From positions 59,067,735 through 59,131,734 of the forward strand of contig NC_068992.1 in the NCBI RefSeq assembly GCF_001194135.2: a DNA stretch of 64,000 nucleotides, given 5' to 3'. This DNA comes from Octopus bimaculoides (lineage: Eukaryota). The translations under genes and the position numbers were made by a program. The notes beneath the pieces were generated by a model that saw nothing but the letters and a program-made list of their open reading frames with translations, was not told the origin of the DNA and ran no database searches. Below are positions 63,801 to 64,000 of this stretch, piece after piece (position 1 is the first letter of the stretch; each line of letters starts with the position of its first letter).

Positions 63801-64000
63801 TGGTGTTCAATGTGGTGACCCAGCATGGACTCTGACCAATGACTGAAAAGCACACTGTTTCAAAAAAATATATCGTGGTAACAAAACACGAAACTCCGTC
63901 GGTTAGTTGCTTGCTTGCTTGCCCGTTCGTTTGTTTAATGGATACATCAAATGAGTTGATTACAATATTACTTAGGAACTATAGCAAATTTGCAAAGTGG

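Overview
AT-rich, microsatellite-dense animal genomic DNA from a gapped draft assembly (roughly 7 kb of N). The SINE families and repeat landscape suggest an octopus-like coleoid cephalopod; this is pattern recognition, not a database result. I see no intact protein-coding gene, rRNA operon or CRISPR array, and nearly all listed ORFs are artefacts of N runs or simple repeats. The window is mostly decayed transposable elements: about 20 tRNA-derived SINE copies from three families, LINE remnants (RTE, CR1-like, L1/Tx1, R4/Dong, Penelope-like), Tc1/mariner remnants and MITEs, and four long inverted-repeat elements. The main non-TE feature is an intronless cyclin L (CCNL) fragment at 12393-12670. 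It looks like a processed retrocopy whose homology stops where vertebrate exon 3 ends and then continues into unrelated sequence, possibly a captured alternative or poison exon. The other lead is a set of hammerhead-ribozyme-like cores: one in a Penelope-type tail at 32116, and degenerate ones in the arms of two foldback elements that share an identical 15-mer.
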